Part shown: positions 47,980-61,049 of the stretch, one piece after another
Numbering within the stretch: position 1 is the first letter of the stretch
Layout: the number at the start of each line of letters is the position of its first letter
Assembly: GCA_951406725.2 (NCBI GenBank)
Contig: OX597827.1
Coordinates: forward strand, 55,366,001-55,430,000
From: Octopus vulgaris
Lineage: Eukaryota
Length of the DNA: 64,000 nt
Reading direction: 5' to 3'
The notes under the pieces: model-generated
Told to the model about the DNA's origin: nothing
Database searches by the model: none
The model's input: only the letters and a program-made list of their open reading frames with translations
Made by a program: the position numbers and the translations under genes

Positions 47980-50640
47980 TCCCAGCCTTCTTCATTACCA
48001 ACATTTTAATACTCATTTCACCATATTTGCATGGGTGGGTGAGTCCTTTCCAAGACTGCATGTCACTCATCATTGGGGTCCTTTGTTATCTCTTTGGGGC
48101 TTAACATCCTGAAATCAGGTTTAACTGCTTCATTTCATGTCTTCTTAGGTTTCCTTCTTCTACAAGTTCCATCTATTTTTAAAACATGGCACTTCTTTGT
48201 TCAACTGTCATCCCACATACAATAACACATAGCTATACCAGCACAATCTTCTCACTTTTACACTACATTTGATTCCTCTTATATCCAGGTTTTCTTTCAA
48301 ATCATTTGCAGTCGATTTATATTAACATTATGCATCCTGCAAAGCATGCTTGCTGCTTTTCTTTCTAGCCTTTTGCAAACCCTCTGCATCAGGCCTTGCA
48401 CCATATTTTGATGTAGTATCACATTTGTTCACAAACATCATACAATCTATCCTCTCCAAGAGAGAAACATTTGTTGCCAGTAGAGTTAATAGCTCCCTGA
48501 AATTTTGTCCAACTCTACTGTAACGTTTTATGCTTACCAAGCATACCTACCACCTACACTGCTAAATTGGGTCACCTTGGTAACAGAAGCTATCAGCTAC
48601 TTCTGAGGGACTATCAGAACATTTGAAAGAATCTATTTTACATGTTCTTGATGCTTACTGCCACTACATGTCTACTTTTTTCATTAGACTACTTGTAATT
48701 CCACTATACCTCTTGTACATCAACAGTTTACACTTAGCATATCTTATAGAATTTTCTATCACTCCCTTTCTGTTTATAAAGCACAGCTTTTTCTGGTGGT
48801 AGCAGAGTCCTGTTTTCTTTCCTACTTACTAATACTCCAGTTTTTGTTAAATTTACTTGAAGAGCTCTCAACTCTATGTTTTGCTTCTAAGTCTGGAATT
48901 TCTTCCCTAATTCTTCTACAGATTTAGTAGATCATCAGCAGGTAGGAGTTTTCTAAGACAACTGATCTTAAACTCCTTTGTTATCACTTAGACTACTATG
49001 ATAAGTAGGGGACTGAGAACAGGCCTGATGGACCCTTACAAGCATACTAAATCATCACTGTATTCATTGGTTAGTATCACCTCCCTGGCTGCTCTTCTGT
49101 ACATAGTGGCTTGCACTCTCTTTCCAACTAGTTTCCCCAGCAACCGCCAGAGTGAGGAACCTTCACAGAGGCCTTCTCCAGACCTATCAAATACTGGATA
49201 CACTGGCTTACTCCTAGCCAAAAATTTTTCTTACAATTGCCTCACTATGAAGAAGGTATCAGTAGTACCTCTTCCCAGCAGAAATCCCAACTTCATCTCA
49301 TCTAATTCTCTTCTTAATCAGTTATGCTTATAACTCAATAATTTTATGTTATGATGTGGGTATTACATGTCTGGTGTAAAATGGTATTACACAAATATAT
49401 ACTTGGTTGTGTTTATCTAAAAATAACTTATCGCAGAAATATATGTTAACACAGAACTCATTCCGTACTACTTGAATGTAGGTGCAATACTCAGTATTCA
49501 CTGTTCAGCTACTGACTGTTAAGCCAACATATGTCAAACTAACACGGTAAACCAATGCAGTTGGACTAACACTGTCAATCTATGCTCTTGTCAGTTCACT
49601 CAGCTCTTATTTATTGTAATCAGTTAATCCAGCTTCAGTCATGTGGGGGTGTTCAGAATTCTTCCATAACAGTCAACTTGATGCTTCTGTAATTTCCTCT
49701 CTCTGGTTCATTTCCTTTGGCTTTGTAGCCATTGATGATGATACAGCTATGCCAATCATGGCTGTGACTGTAGTACCCATGGATTGGCATGCCTTTCTGA
49801 TTTTCTATGCTTGTAACTAGTGCATGTTCCAATTTGACAAACATTTCAATCATCTCAGCAACTGTACTCTCATACCCTAAATTGTTCTATCAACTGTACT
49901 GCTGCAAGTCTACTTGGAGCAAGATCTCTTTCTCTCATGTACACTCCTCATTCAACAACCTTTTATAATAGTATTTCTGTCACTTAATCAGTGCTCAGTA
50001 CATATGTGCCTCTTTCACTCTGTACATACCTCTCTCTAATGACAATGATTTTTCCCCAACACACTGTCTTGTAATCTAGAATACCTCATGCCTCTGGTCC
50101 TCTTTCTGCTTCTAGTATTCTTTGGTAGCTATTTGGTGTTGCTTTCTGTTTCCTTCATCCAGTCTTTCTAAACATGTCTCTTCTCTATCATAACTCTACC
50201 TCACTATTTCACTACCATATCACTTTCAATTTGGATGGGGTCTTTTCTTTGAACACAGATTTGATCAGCAATCCTCAACAGATTATTTTAAAGAAATTTC
50301 CAGCTTTGCTCCATTTTATAAATCTCTATCTCCACTGTTCTGTCATAAGCTACAAAATCTCTGGATTTACAACCAGCTGAAGGCACTTTTAAAACTTCCA
50401 TGTCTTCTCTTTTGAAGTTGCTTTTTGCTTCTACTAATAACTATTTATACAATGGGTGTTGATCTTTGTCAATTTTGTAAATACATTCATTAGCAGGAAA
50501 GTAAAAACATCTGTGCCACATTCACAGCCTATCTCATTCCAATACAGCATCACACTTTGTATTCAGGTCTCATACAATCTGCCTCTCTTACTCTCACCCT
50601 TTGATACTAGAGCTCACAAAGTGCATAGCATAAGACAAAT
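47980..50640 (-). mobile_element. Long degenerate RTE LINE
   Basis: NYRSIKL, F.DLEKA.., NEYSDD...LSPLL RT remnants; many stop codons. Confidence 0.75.
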
Positions 50641-51638
50641 ATATGAACATGCATGTTCCACATACATGTATATGCATAAAATATATGGAGTTGTGCAATA
50701 ACAATTCTTCCCCAAATTCTATAACTTTTTTACTTTTTAATTTTTTAGAAAAGTTCTTTTTATCTTTTACTTGTTTCAGTCATTTGAATGGCCATGCTGG
50801 GGAAATGCCTTGAATTTTTAGTTCAGTTGACTCCAGTGCTTTTTGTTTAAGCTTGGTACTTATTCTATTAGTCACTTTTAACAAACCACTAATTTACAGG
50901 TATGTAAACTCACCAACACTGGTTGTCAAGCAGTGAGTGGGGGACAGATACACACACACACACATATATATGACAGGCTTCTTTCAGTTTCTGTCTACCA
51001 AATTCATTCACATGACTTTGGTTGGCCTCAAGCTATAGTAGAAGATATTCGCCCAAGGTACCATGCAGTGGGACTGAACCTGAAACTATGTGGTTGGGAA
51101 GCAAGCTTTTTACCATGCAGCCACACCTACACACACACACACAATGGGCTTCTTTCAGTTTCCATCTACCAGATCCATTTACAAGGCTTTGGTTGTCCTG
51201 AGGCTATAGTAGAAGACTTTTGCCCAAGGTTCCATGCAGTGGGTTTGAACCCAGAACCATATAATTGGGAAGTAAACTTTGTTGCCACTCAGTCACGCCT
51301 GTAACTTTAGAAAAGTTCTTTGGCTTTCCATATTTTAAACACTGGAGATTATAATGATTCTGCAAAAAACAACAAAAGAACAAAAACACACATTCTATTT
51401 TTTTACAATCACTTAATTTAACTCTAATGCTAACCCTATTCTCAGTTTAATGATTAATACTAAAAACTTGAGCTATTTCTCAGTTGGATTTTTAAAATTG
51501 ATACTGGCTACAATTACATGTAAACTCTTCTACAATTTTTTTTCTCTGGCTTTAATTGTTGTGTTTTATCAAATTAAAATGACAATCCAGTACCTCAAAT
51601 TCAATTCTATATTTCTGAAATGTGGAATTTATATATAA

Positions 51639-52034
51639 CTAGCAGTATCGCCCGGCGTTGCTCGGGTTTGTAAGGGAAATAACTATATAAGCATTTTTAG
51701 AGAGTTATAGTCAAAAAATAGCAAAAAAATGCATTAAAAATGGGGAAAAAATTATGGTAAATTTCTTTTTAAATCGTTGATACATCGTAGACATTTTTAG
51801 AGAGTTACTTCCCTATATAATAGCGAAAAAAATGCATAAAATGGAAAAAATGGTGGTAAATTTTTTTTTAAATCATAGACGCATCGTAGTCGTGCGCTAA
51901 TACCCAGAAGGGCTCGATATGAATCACGACTATAAGATACCCGGTTTTGGTTAAACTGCACCGCAAAATGTGGGAGTAGTTAGGAATCTAAATCGTAGGA
52001 GACAGACACACAACCTTACTTTTATATATAAAGA
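51639..52034 (-). mobile_element. Non-autonomous Helitron
   Basis: A|TCTTTATATATAAAA ... cccgagcaacgccggg hairpin, CTAG|T; no TSD. Confidence 0.8.
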
Positions 52035-53105
52035 TGTATACTGTTTATAAAGACTGACCTGCAAGAACCCTCTGCTGGCGCCACATAAAAAGCACCCATG
52101 CCAGCTCCACGTGGTAGTATTTGTGGTGGTGCCACATAAGAGCACTTGTGCTAATGCTATGTTAAAGGTATTCATGCTGGCACTATGTAATAGCACCTGT
52201 ACCAGTGTCATGTGAGAGCACGCATGCCAGTGTCACATAAAAGCACCTGGTACACTCTGTAAAGTGGTTGGCATTAGGGAGGGCATCCAGCTGTAGAAAC
52301 CAAGCCAAGAATCAGGGGTAGAGGGAGTAATTTTTTACAGCTTTATGTTTACAATAATTCTAAATTTATTTAACCTTTTAGCATTCACATTACCCTGTCA
52401 AATGTAATGTTTCTTTATCCCCATTGTTATGACTAAATCTCATAACTTCAAAAATTTTGATGACGTGAGTGTTTATTTTGTGAGAGCCTGGATCGGGTCA
52501 GTTTGAACATATAACTAGCAAAATATTTGGGCCAGATATAGTCAGCTTAGATGTTAATGGGTTAATGCTTCACATTTTCTTCTATATCTGTATCTAGAAA
52601 CATTTTTGCATTGTTGCGCTTCATGAGTATGGACTAACATATGATTGTTAGAATTATTATAATAGCTGTTTGTGTTACTATTTTATCACTATTATATTCA
52701 TTACTAATATTGTTATTATCATGCTGTTATTGTTGTCATCTTTATTATTAATCTTGTCATCATCATTATTGTTGTTGTTAGTATCATTAAAATTATTGAT
52801 ACTTACTCTTTCTCTTAACATTAATGATAGAAATAACCAGATTCTACATGCACTGACCCTAAACCCCGAAACAATACCTCATCTCTGTGCTTATAACCAT
52901 TAATACTCAAACTTCCTCCAACTACTAAACATTGACCCAAATGGCATTCCCCAACTCCTTACCTTTCCTGCTCTCGACCCCACTCTATCCCTTCCTTCTA
53001 CAGGGAAGCAGTAACAGATGCCAATATGCTATATTCACTACCCACTGCTAGTGAGAACAACTCATTGAAGCTCCTACACGAAGTGACCACCCCTTTTCCC
53101 CTTAA

Positions 53106-53599
53106 CAGTAATTCTCAACCATTTTTTAGCTATGGACCCCTTTAATTCCTATCTATTTCATTGGGGTGGACTCTAAAATACCCTATTATTATATTTGCTG
53201 ATTAAATATTATTAGAGATTGTATAAAAGAAATTAAAATATTTTCTGTATTGTAGAAATATAACCAGTTTCTTTATTTCTTTATTACCCACAAAGGGCTA
53301 AACATAGAGGGGACAAACAAGGACAGACAAAGGGATTAAGTCGATTACATCAACCCCAGTGCGTAACTGATATTTAATTTATCAACTCCGAAAGGATGAA
53401 AGGCAAAGTTGACCTCAGCGGAATTTGAACTCAGAACGTAGCGGCAGACGAAAAACCGCTAAGCATTTTGCCCGGTTTGCAAACGTTTCTGCCAGCTCAC
53501 CGCCTTATTTAATATAACCAGTTTATTGTACATAATTTTTAATAAAAAAATCTTACATGGACCTCCAAGGGTCATATGGACTTCACTTGAGAACCACTA
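53106..53599. mobile_element. hAT (Charlie-like) MITE with nested family-C SINE (53271-53510, TSD aatataaccagttt)
   Basis: cagtaattctcaa / ttgagaaccacta TIRs, flanking cccttaa repeat; related copy at 32360-32860. Confidence 0.75.
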
Positions 53600-54434
53600 C
53601 CCTTAAGCTATCATCTGGTTATCCACTAGATTGTTCTGGTTCACTTTGCCTTTGAAAAAATACAAGTATGTATTAAAACAATTGTATGATTAAAAGGTAT
53701 CACCTTGTTAATATGTATAATTATACATACAGGCTTAAAAAAAAAAGTATTGGGGTTGATTTGTTTGACTAAAATATAGGTGCAGGAGTGGCTGTGTGGT
53801 AAGTAGCTTGCTTACCAACTACATAGTTCCAGGTTCAGTCCTATTGTGTGACACCTTGGGCAAGTGTTTTCTACTATAGCCTTGGGCTGACCAAAGCCTT
53901 GTGAGTGGATTTGGTAGATGGAAACTGAAAGAAGCCCGTCATATGTATGTGTGTGTGCATGTTTGTGTGTCTGTGTTTGTCCCCTCAACATTGCTTGACA
54001 ACCGATGCTGGTGTGTTTGCATCCCTGTAACTTAGTGGTTCGGCAAAAAGAATTTGATAGAATAAATACAAGGCTTACAAATGATAAGTCCTGGGGGTTG
54101 ATTTGCTCAACTAGGGGCGATGCTCCAGCATGGCCACAGTCAAATGAGTGAAACAAGTAAAAGAATACATGCGATGGATTTAGAAGAGCTTGCAAAACCA
54201 CTGAGTAGCAACTGAAGTTTCTGTATGAGGCACAGCATCTCTGATGTTTATTTCACCTGTGTATTTTTACTTTTTATTTTTTTTCAGTTGTTAAACTACT
54301 TTGAAGAATTTTAGTCAAACAAATCAACCCAAATACTTTTTTTTTAAAGCCTGATACTTATTCTATTCTATTGGCCTCTTTTGCCAAACTGCTAAGTTAT
54401 AGGGATGTAAACACAGAAAGGAACACACTCATGT

Positions 54435-54467
<33 letters not shown>

Positions 54468-56734
54468 TCATCATCATCATCATTCAGCGTCCGTTTTCCA
54501 TGCTAGCATGGGTTGGACGGTTCAACTGGGGGTCTGTGAAGCTGGAAGGCTTCATCAGGCCCAGTCAGATCTGGCAGTGTTTCTACGGCTGGATGCCCTT
54601 CCTAACGCCAACCACTCCGTGAGTGTAGTGGGTGCTTATATATTTATATATATATAAATTAAAATAAACAGCTAGGTGCAATATGATACCATAAAGGGAA
54701 AAATTCAATTGCAAATTGATGGCTCATTGTAATTAAATTATGGGGTGAGTGCACCAAGCGGTGATAAGTAAAAAGCAATGCTAATAGCAATTCGAATATG
54801 CTAAGAGCACGTTCAGACTTGCAAACAAGTCATTCACAAGGTTTTGTTAAGGGAAAAAAATTTCTTGCTGTAGATATATAGTGTAAAATATTAAGGTGAC
54901 TAAGGATGCCAGAGCACCTACATTGCTAGAAATAAGAGTTAAAACACTCTTAATGCTGTTGGAAGAGTGCAGACAGGGAAGGCAACCACACGCTGACAGG
55001 AGAGGCAACCACCCCATGACTGGCTCAAGGATCCCCAGACTAGATCTAGTTTCACCTAGACTGTAAGCATTGTCAGTGATGACTGCTCAAATGGTGCATG
55101 ATCAGCTAATTTCTCTGCCAGCATATATGTATTTACCATAAAATTTATGGATGATTTAGCGAAATGCTAATGTCATCATCATCGTTTAACGTCCGCTTTC
55201 CATGCTAGCATGGGTTGGATGGTTCAACTGGGGTCTGGGAAGCCAGAAGGTTGCACCATGCCCAGTCTGATCTGGCAGTGTTTCTACAGCTGGATGCCCT
55301 TCCTAACGCCAACCACTCTGTGAGTGTAGTGGGTGCTTTTTACGTGCCACCGGCACTGGTATCACAGCTACAAATTCCACTGATGTTGATAGATTACGAT
55401 TTTGATTTTCACTTGCCTCAACAGGTCTTCACAAGTGGAGTTTTGTGTCCCAAGAAGGAGAGGAATGCATAAGTGGGCTGGCTACATCCCAGGTAGAGGC
55501 CACGGGATTATGGCCTCACTTGTCCTGCCGGGTCTTCTCACGCACAGCATATACTAAAAATAAATATAAACAACCAGATATATATATATACACACACACA
55601 CATGATGGGCTTCTTTCAATTTCCACCTACCACAACTACTCCCAAGGCTTTGGTTGGATCAACGCTGTAGTAAATGGTGTCACACAGTGGGACTGAAACC
55701 TGAACCATGTGAGTGGAAAGCAAACTTCTTACCACACAGCCACGAGCCAAAAGAAATAATTCAAGGTAGCCAATAGATGAATAAGGGTAAATGAAATATC
55801 ATATAAGATAAATTCTTGATTTATTGAAACTATCTCTGCTTCCAGTGAAGGTAGAACAATTAATTGCTTGGTGGTAATTGAAACCAACTCTAAAACAAGA
55901 AGTAATCTCAGGAGTCAAGAATCTCTGAAAGTTGATATGCTAAGGAAAAGACAACTGTTGACGTGCTTCTACCTCAACAGCTGTCATCGGCATAGCAGTT
56001 GCCAAGATGTGTGTGTGTGTGTGCCTATAGCCCCATTTTAATGTTTGGTTCTTAAACTGATATGTGCATTAAGATATATTTGAGTTGTATGTGGTGAAAA
56101 TCCCTTTGTATAGAAATAGTATCTAGAAAATGACTTGGGTTATGTATTCTGATTCATATATTTTGGCAATATCCCATATATATTTTAATAACGTTGTTAT
56201 TAATAGCTAATTGGCACAACACATAAATTCAGACAATTGAGTATTTTATGAGTACATTATATGTAGAGTAGAAGCTGATGCTTGTACTGTACCTGTTAGC
56301 AAGATTACAATGATTAACAGAAGATATACTCTTTACTCTTTTCTCTTTTACTGGTTTCAGTCATTTGACTGCGGCCATGCTGGAGCACCGCCTTTAGTCG
56401 AGCAAATCGACCCCGGGACTTATTCTTTGTAAGCCCAGTACTTATTCTATCGGTCTCTTTTGCTGAACCACTAAGTGACGGGGACGTAAACACACCAGCA
56501 TCGGTTGTCAAGCAATGCTAGGGGGACAAACACAGATACACAAACATATACACACACACTTATATATACATATATACGACAGGCTTCTTTCAATTTCCGT
56601 CTACCAAATCCACTCACAAGGCATTGGTAGGCCCGGGGCTATAGCAGAAGACACTTGCCCAAGATGCCACACAGTGGGACTGAACCCGGAACCATGTGGT
56701 TGGTTAGCAAGCTACTTACGACACAGCCACTCCT

Positions 56735-56802
<68 letters not shown>

Positions 56803-56932
56803 GGTATGTGGCCCAATTTTGGACCATTGTAGCAAACTTATATTGTACAAATATGTTCACTATTTGCTGTGTGCTCTCCAGGTAGTTCTGATTTAAATTG
56901 CGCATAAGAAATTCACTGTACTGGTTCTGAAG

Positions 56933-58030
56933 CAGTGTTTCTCAACCTTTTTACCCTTGCGTAACCTTAAAATGAATTACATATCTCAAGGAACCCCTGC
57001 ACAAAAAAATTATATACTATATCTTTCTCATGTATTTTCCATCATAGTTCATGTGGTAAATATCATATATATATGATATTTCTTTCTTTCTTTCTTTCTC
57101 TCCCATTCCCTTTTTCATCTTTTTTCCCTCACTTAACTTGTCTCTTCCTCTCTCTCTCCCCCTCACAGTTCTTCATGGTCTCCTCGCACCATTCCCCTTC
57201 TTCTCTCTCTTCCTCTTGCTCCTCCTCCCCCATTCCCGTCGTCCATCTGCGACGTACTTCCGTCGTAACTGCTATCCCGTCCTTTCTCGCCTGCCTTCTA
57301 AGGCCACTGGTCGACATCTTCCTCTCTCGTCGTCCACTATAATCCAGCGTTTGCAATACTTTTTTCGTCTGGCGTTAACAGCCCTTCTCATCTTGTTCTC
57401 CTTGTCCTGTCTCTCACTGTTATATATTTATTTTTCCACTGTTTATATATATATTTTTTACTGTTTATATGTTTGTACTGTCGTTACCGTCTTGCTTTTT
57501 TTACCCCTCTGCGACAAGATCTCAGAATTTTAATTGATTTGCTTCTCGCAGGAAGGAATTTTTCATTCGAAGTATACGTCTCGCTTTTATCCTTCGAAAC
57601 GTTTAGTAGATGAAACTTTAGCGACTGAAGAAGGGGATTTTTCGTTGTGCTTATTGTCCTGTATCTCCTTTTTTTTGCTTGTCTTGTTCCTTGGTTTGTG
57701 TCTATGTTTTTCGTCTCTCTATGTGTTCGACGTCCTTTTGGTGTCCTGTACACATATATGCGTGTATATGTACATGTAGAGGTAGGTACGTACATATATG
57801 TTTATATATATGCATATATTTTATTAACATATATATATATATATATATATATAAATGGTTGTTATATTTTTTTGATAACATAATAGGTTAGATAGGATGA
57901 TGTCTATATTACAATAACCAATATGTTGTGCATGTTTAGTAATATTATGATCATGAAATTAGCATTAGCTTATCTCACTCTTTCTCACAGAACCCTAGGA
58001 TTCTGGGGGAACCCTGATTGAGAAACACTG
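56933..58030. mobile_element. hAT MITE with a large nested insertion (~57065-57950)
   Basis: cagtgtttctcaa / ttgagaaacactg TIRs; imperfect 8-bp TSD ttctgaag / gtctaaag. Confidence 0.75.
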
Positions 58031-58353
58031 GTCTAAAGTATTGGATTCGATGTTGGAGTTATGTATGTGTTAGGTGCTAGTGGAGTCAGAGTTGTTTTGG
58101 TGTATATTTCAATAGTAATTCTGTATGAAATTCAAAGTTGACCTCAGCAGAATTTGAACTCAGAACGTTAAGGCAGATAAAATGCTGCTAAGCATTTTGC
58201 CTGGCACATTAATGATTCTGCCAGCTGTCTGCCTTAACACTTTGGTTACTATATTTCTGTTGAGATGCTCTGTGTTTCTTTCAATCAATTTTAAATATAA
58301 CAAAGAATTTAGTAAAATCACTTAGTTATCATTAAGCTAGTGTTAGGAACATA

Positions 58354-58925
58354 GGATCTTTTCCTTTTGAACGGCAGATGTCAACACAATTTCTAGTTAA
58401 CTAAACACTTTTAAACTTCGTATACTGGTAGAATGTGTTTATAAAGCATCATTTTTTCTTGGCTTTATTGAGAAAATTCTATAGTTTGTAAGATATTTCA
58501 TCTGAAAATCCGAGCATTTCGGCAATTTTAACCAATCGATTACCTCCATTCAACTAAAATCATTTGCTGCATCTAAAACTGAGACAACATCCTGTAACTA
58601 ACCCTAACCCTAATTTTTTTTTCTTAATTGTTAAATTAATTTAATTGTTGTAACAATTAAATTAATTTAACAATTAAGAAAAAAAATTAGGGTTAGGTTG
58701 AGGGGTATTGTCTCAGTTTTAGACGCAGCAAATGATTTTAGCTCAAAAGAGAGCATAGGATTGGTTAAAATTCGAAAAATTAAATTACGTTAAACAAACA
58801 AATTACAATTTTCTCAAGAAAGCCAAGAGAAAAAAATGTTTTATTTTGGCACATTCTACCAGTATACGAAGTTTTAAAGTGTTTAGTTAACTAGAAATTG
58901 TCTGCCATTCAAAAGGAAAAGATCC
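58354..58925. mobile_element. Foldback MITE with 8-bp TSD, nested in a piggyBac MITE (~58237-59039)
   Basis: GGATCTTTTCCTTTTGAA TIR; TSD ggaacata at 58346-58353 and 58926-58933; whole element is palindromic. Confidence 0.9.
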
Positions 58926-59731
58926 GGAACATAAATTGTGATTAAGGTTTGGTGGAAGATTTTAATTCAGAACTTTTGAAACCAAGACATTTGCACTATA
59001 GAGCTAGAGACGGTTTCAGCCTGGTTGGTTTCAAAAGAGTTAATCTTTTAGCTTTTAAACCAGCTATATCTGACCAAAATAAAGTCATTGTAATTTGGAA
59101 GCTACAATATAACCCATAAGTAATTAAAAACAAAGTGAATAAATAAGCGTCACATGTGACAGAGTAATCTGAATGCTAAAGAGTTAACTCATATTAACCA
59201 TAGGAAGTATATGCAGTGAACTATATTGAATAAAATTTGTGTATTGTGATGTATATATATTTCATTGTAATATCTTTAAACGTATTAAAGTATGTCGTAA
59301 TGTATTAAATGTATGTCATAATGATATTTTTTATTATATTTGTATGGAATGCATGCTACACTGGTTATTGATAGTATACACTACTTTTGGTAAATGAGCT
59401 TTGATCATAACCTAGCTTGGCTATGTATAATGTTTTTTTTAACAAATATATGGAAATGTATGGTATGTTGATGCATTTAGCATATACCTGTTTTAGCTTG
59501 TTTCTTTAAAAAAAATTTTATGGTATGTGAGTGTGTATATTCATTATTAAGATTAAAACAAAATGTTGTGTATCTACATTTTCTAACTCTGCATGTGGTT
59601 TTTATTTTATATTTTACTTCTATTTGGTTTTCATTTTAGTTCTAATACAGTTCTTATACCATTTCGTTGTATAGAAGATATTTTCAAACAAAGTTTGTGT
59701 GAAAATATACCATGTACATACATATGCACAT

Positions 59732-59732
<1 letters not shown>

Positions 59733-59783
<51 letters not shown>
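59733..59783. repeat. (CA)n microsatellite; many (TA)n tracts elsewhere, e.g. 24803-24838, 35124-35159, 56739-56787
   Basis: Direct observation. Confidence 0.95.
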
Positions 59784-59792
<9 letters not shown>

Positions 59793-59879
59793 TTTCCTGG
59801 CTGGTTTACCTTTTCTAGGCTTACCCATTTGCTTAGCTGTTATAGTTTTTTCAGGCTTTGTGCCTTTCTTCTTCTTCTT

Positions 59880-60364
59880 CTTGTCGTCGTCATCATTGAG
59901 TGAGAATGCAGTGCATGCCATCAAAGTGACACTGGGGTAAAATATACAAAGCCCAGTATACTCATCATGACTACCTATCTGATAAAGGTACACTAGACAC
60001 ATGCATCACAACCATATGTGCACGACATGGTGATCTCATATCCAGATAAACAGCACATGACCTTGCAGGTGGGGCCCAGTTAGAATTTTCTTCTGGTCGA
60101 GTAACCCATCCCACTCAAAAGTTCCCTGAATAAGGGTTGTTTAAGGATGTTGAACGAATCTCCCATGTTTCCAGAAACCCCAAAGAATCCCTATCAACAC
60201 ATGGCTATGATGGTCAAACAACTGACATGCAAATCTGTGGTATTGAGCAGAATATTTTCTGTTGCCCATCTTTTATACCAAGACAAAACAATGTACATGA
60301 TAACACTTCCAATCAGTTAAGATCAGAAGCCATGAGAGCCACTGCCTGGTACTGCATCAGAGTG
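59880..60364. repeat. Unclassified interspersed repeat
   Basis: GC-richer block bounded by simple-repeat tails; single copy here, so the call rests on recollection of Octopus repeats. Confidence 0.35.
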
Positions 60365-60388
60365 TTATTATTATTGTTGTTGTTGTTA

Positions 60389-61048
60389 GGTAGTGAGCTG
60401 GCAGAATCGTTAGCTTGCTGAGCAAAATGCTTAGTGGTATTTCATCTTCCACTATGTTCTGAGTTCAAATTCTGCCAAGGTCGACTTTGTCTTTCATCCT
60501 TTTGGAGTCAATAAATTAAGTACCAGTTGAGCACTGGGGTCGATGTAATCAACTTGCCCCTTCCCCCCAAATTTCAGGCCTTGTGCTTATAGTGCAAAGG
60601 ATTATCATTATTATTTTTATTATTAAGGCAGTGAGCTGGCAGAATCGTTAGCACGCTGGACGAGATGCTTAGTGGTATTTCGCCCATCGCAACATTCTGA
60701 GTTCAAATTCTACCAAGGTCGACTTTACCTTTCATCGTTTGGGGTCGATAAATTAAGTACTAGGGAAACACTGGGGTCGATATAATCGACTCGTGCCCTC
60801 CCCCAAAATTTCAGGCCTTGTACCTATAGTAGAAAGAATTATTATTATTATTATTATTATTATGGTGGCAGAATCATTAGCTTGCTGGATGAAATGCTTA
60901 GCAGTATTTCGCCTATCACTACGTTCTGAGTTTAAGTTCTGCCAAGGTCAACTTTGCCTTTCATCCTTCTGAGGTTGATAAAATAAGTACCAGATGAACA
61001 CTAGGGTCAGTGTAATTGACTCATCAGCTCCCCCAAAATTGCTGCCCT
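60389..61048 (+). mobile_element. Head-to-tail trimer of family-C SINEs; a dimer at 62466-62840
   Basis: Three heads at about 60389, 60627 and 60864 separated by (ATT)n. Confidence 0.85.
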
Positions 61049-61049
61049 T

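Noticed and set aside
52670-52903. Hydrophobic Leu/Ile-rich ORF resembling a membrane protein
   Set aside because: Translation of a degenerate (ATT/GTT/CAT)n simple repeat
55846-56010. Possible plus-strand exon with a small hairpin
   Set aside because: No donor, no partner exons and no recognisable protein motif
57569-57640. Permuted hammerhead-like motif (GTC-tcgct...agcga-CTGAAGA)
   Set aside because: Stem I is present but the GAAA segment and stem II do not satisfy the core; at best a relic
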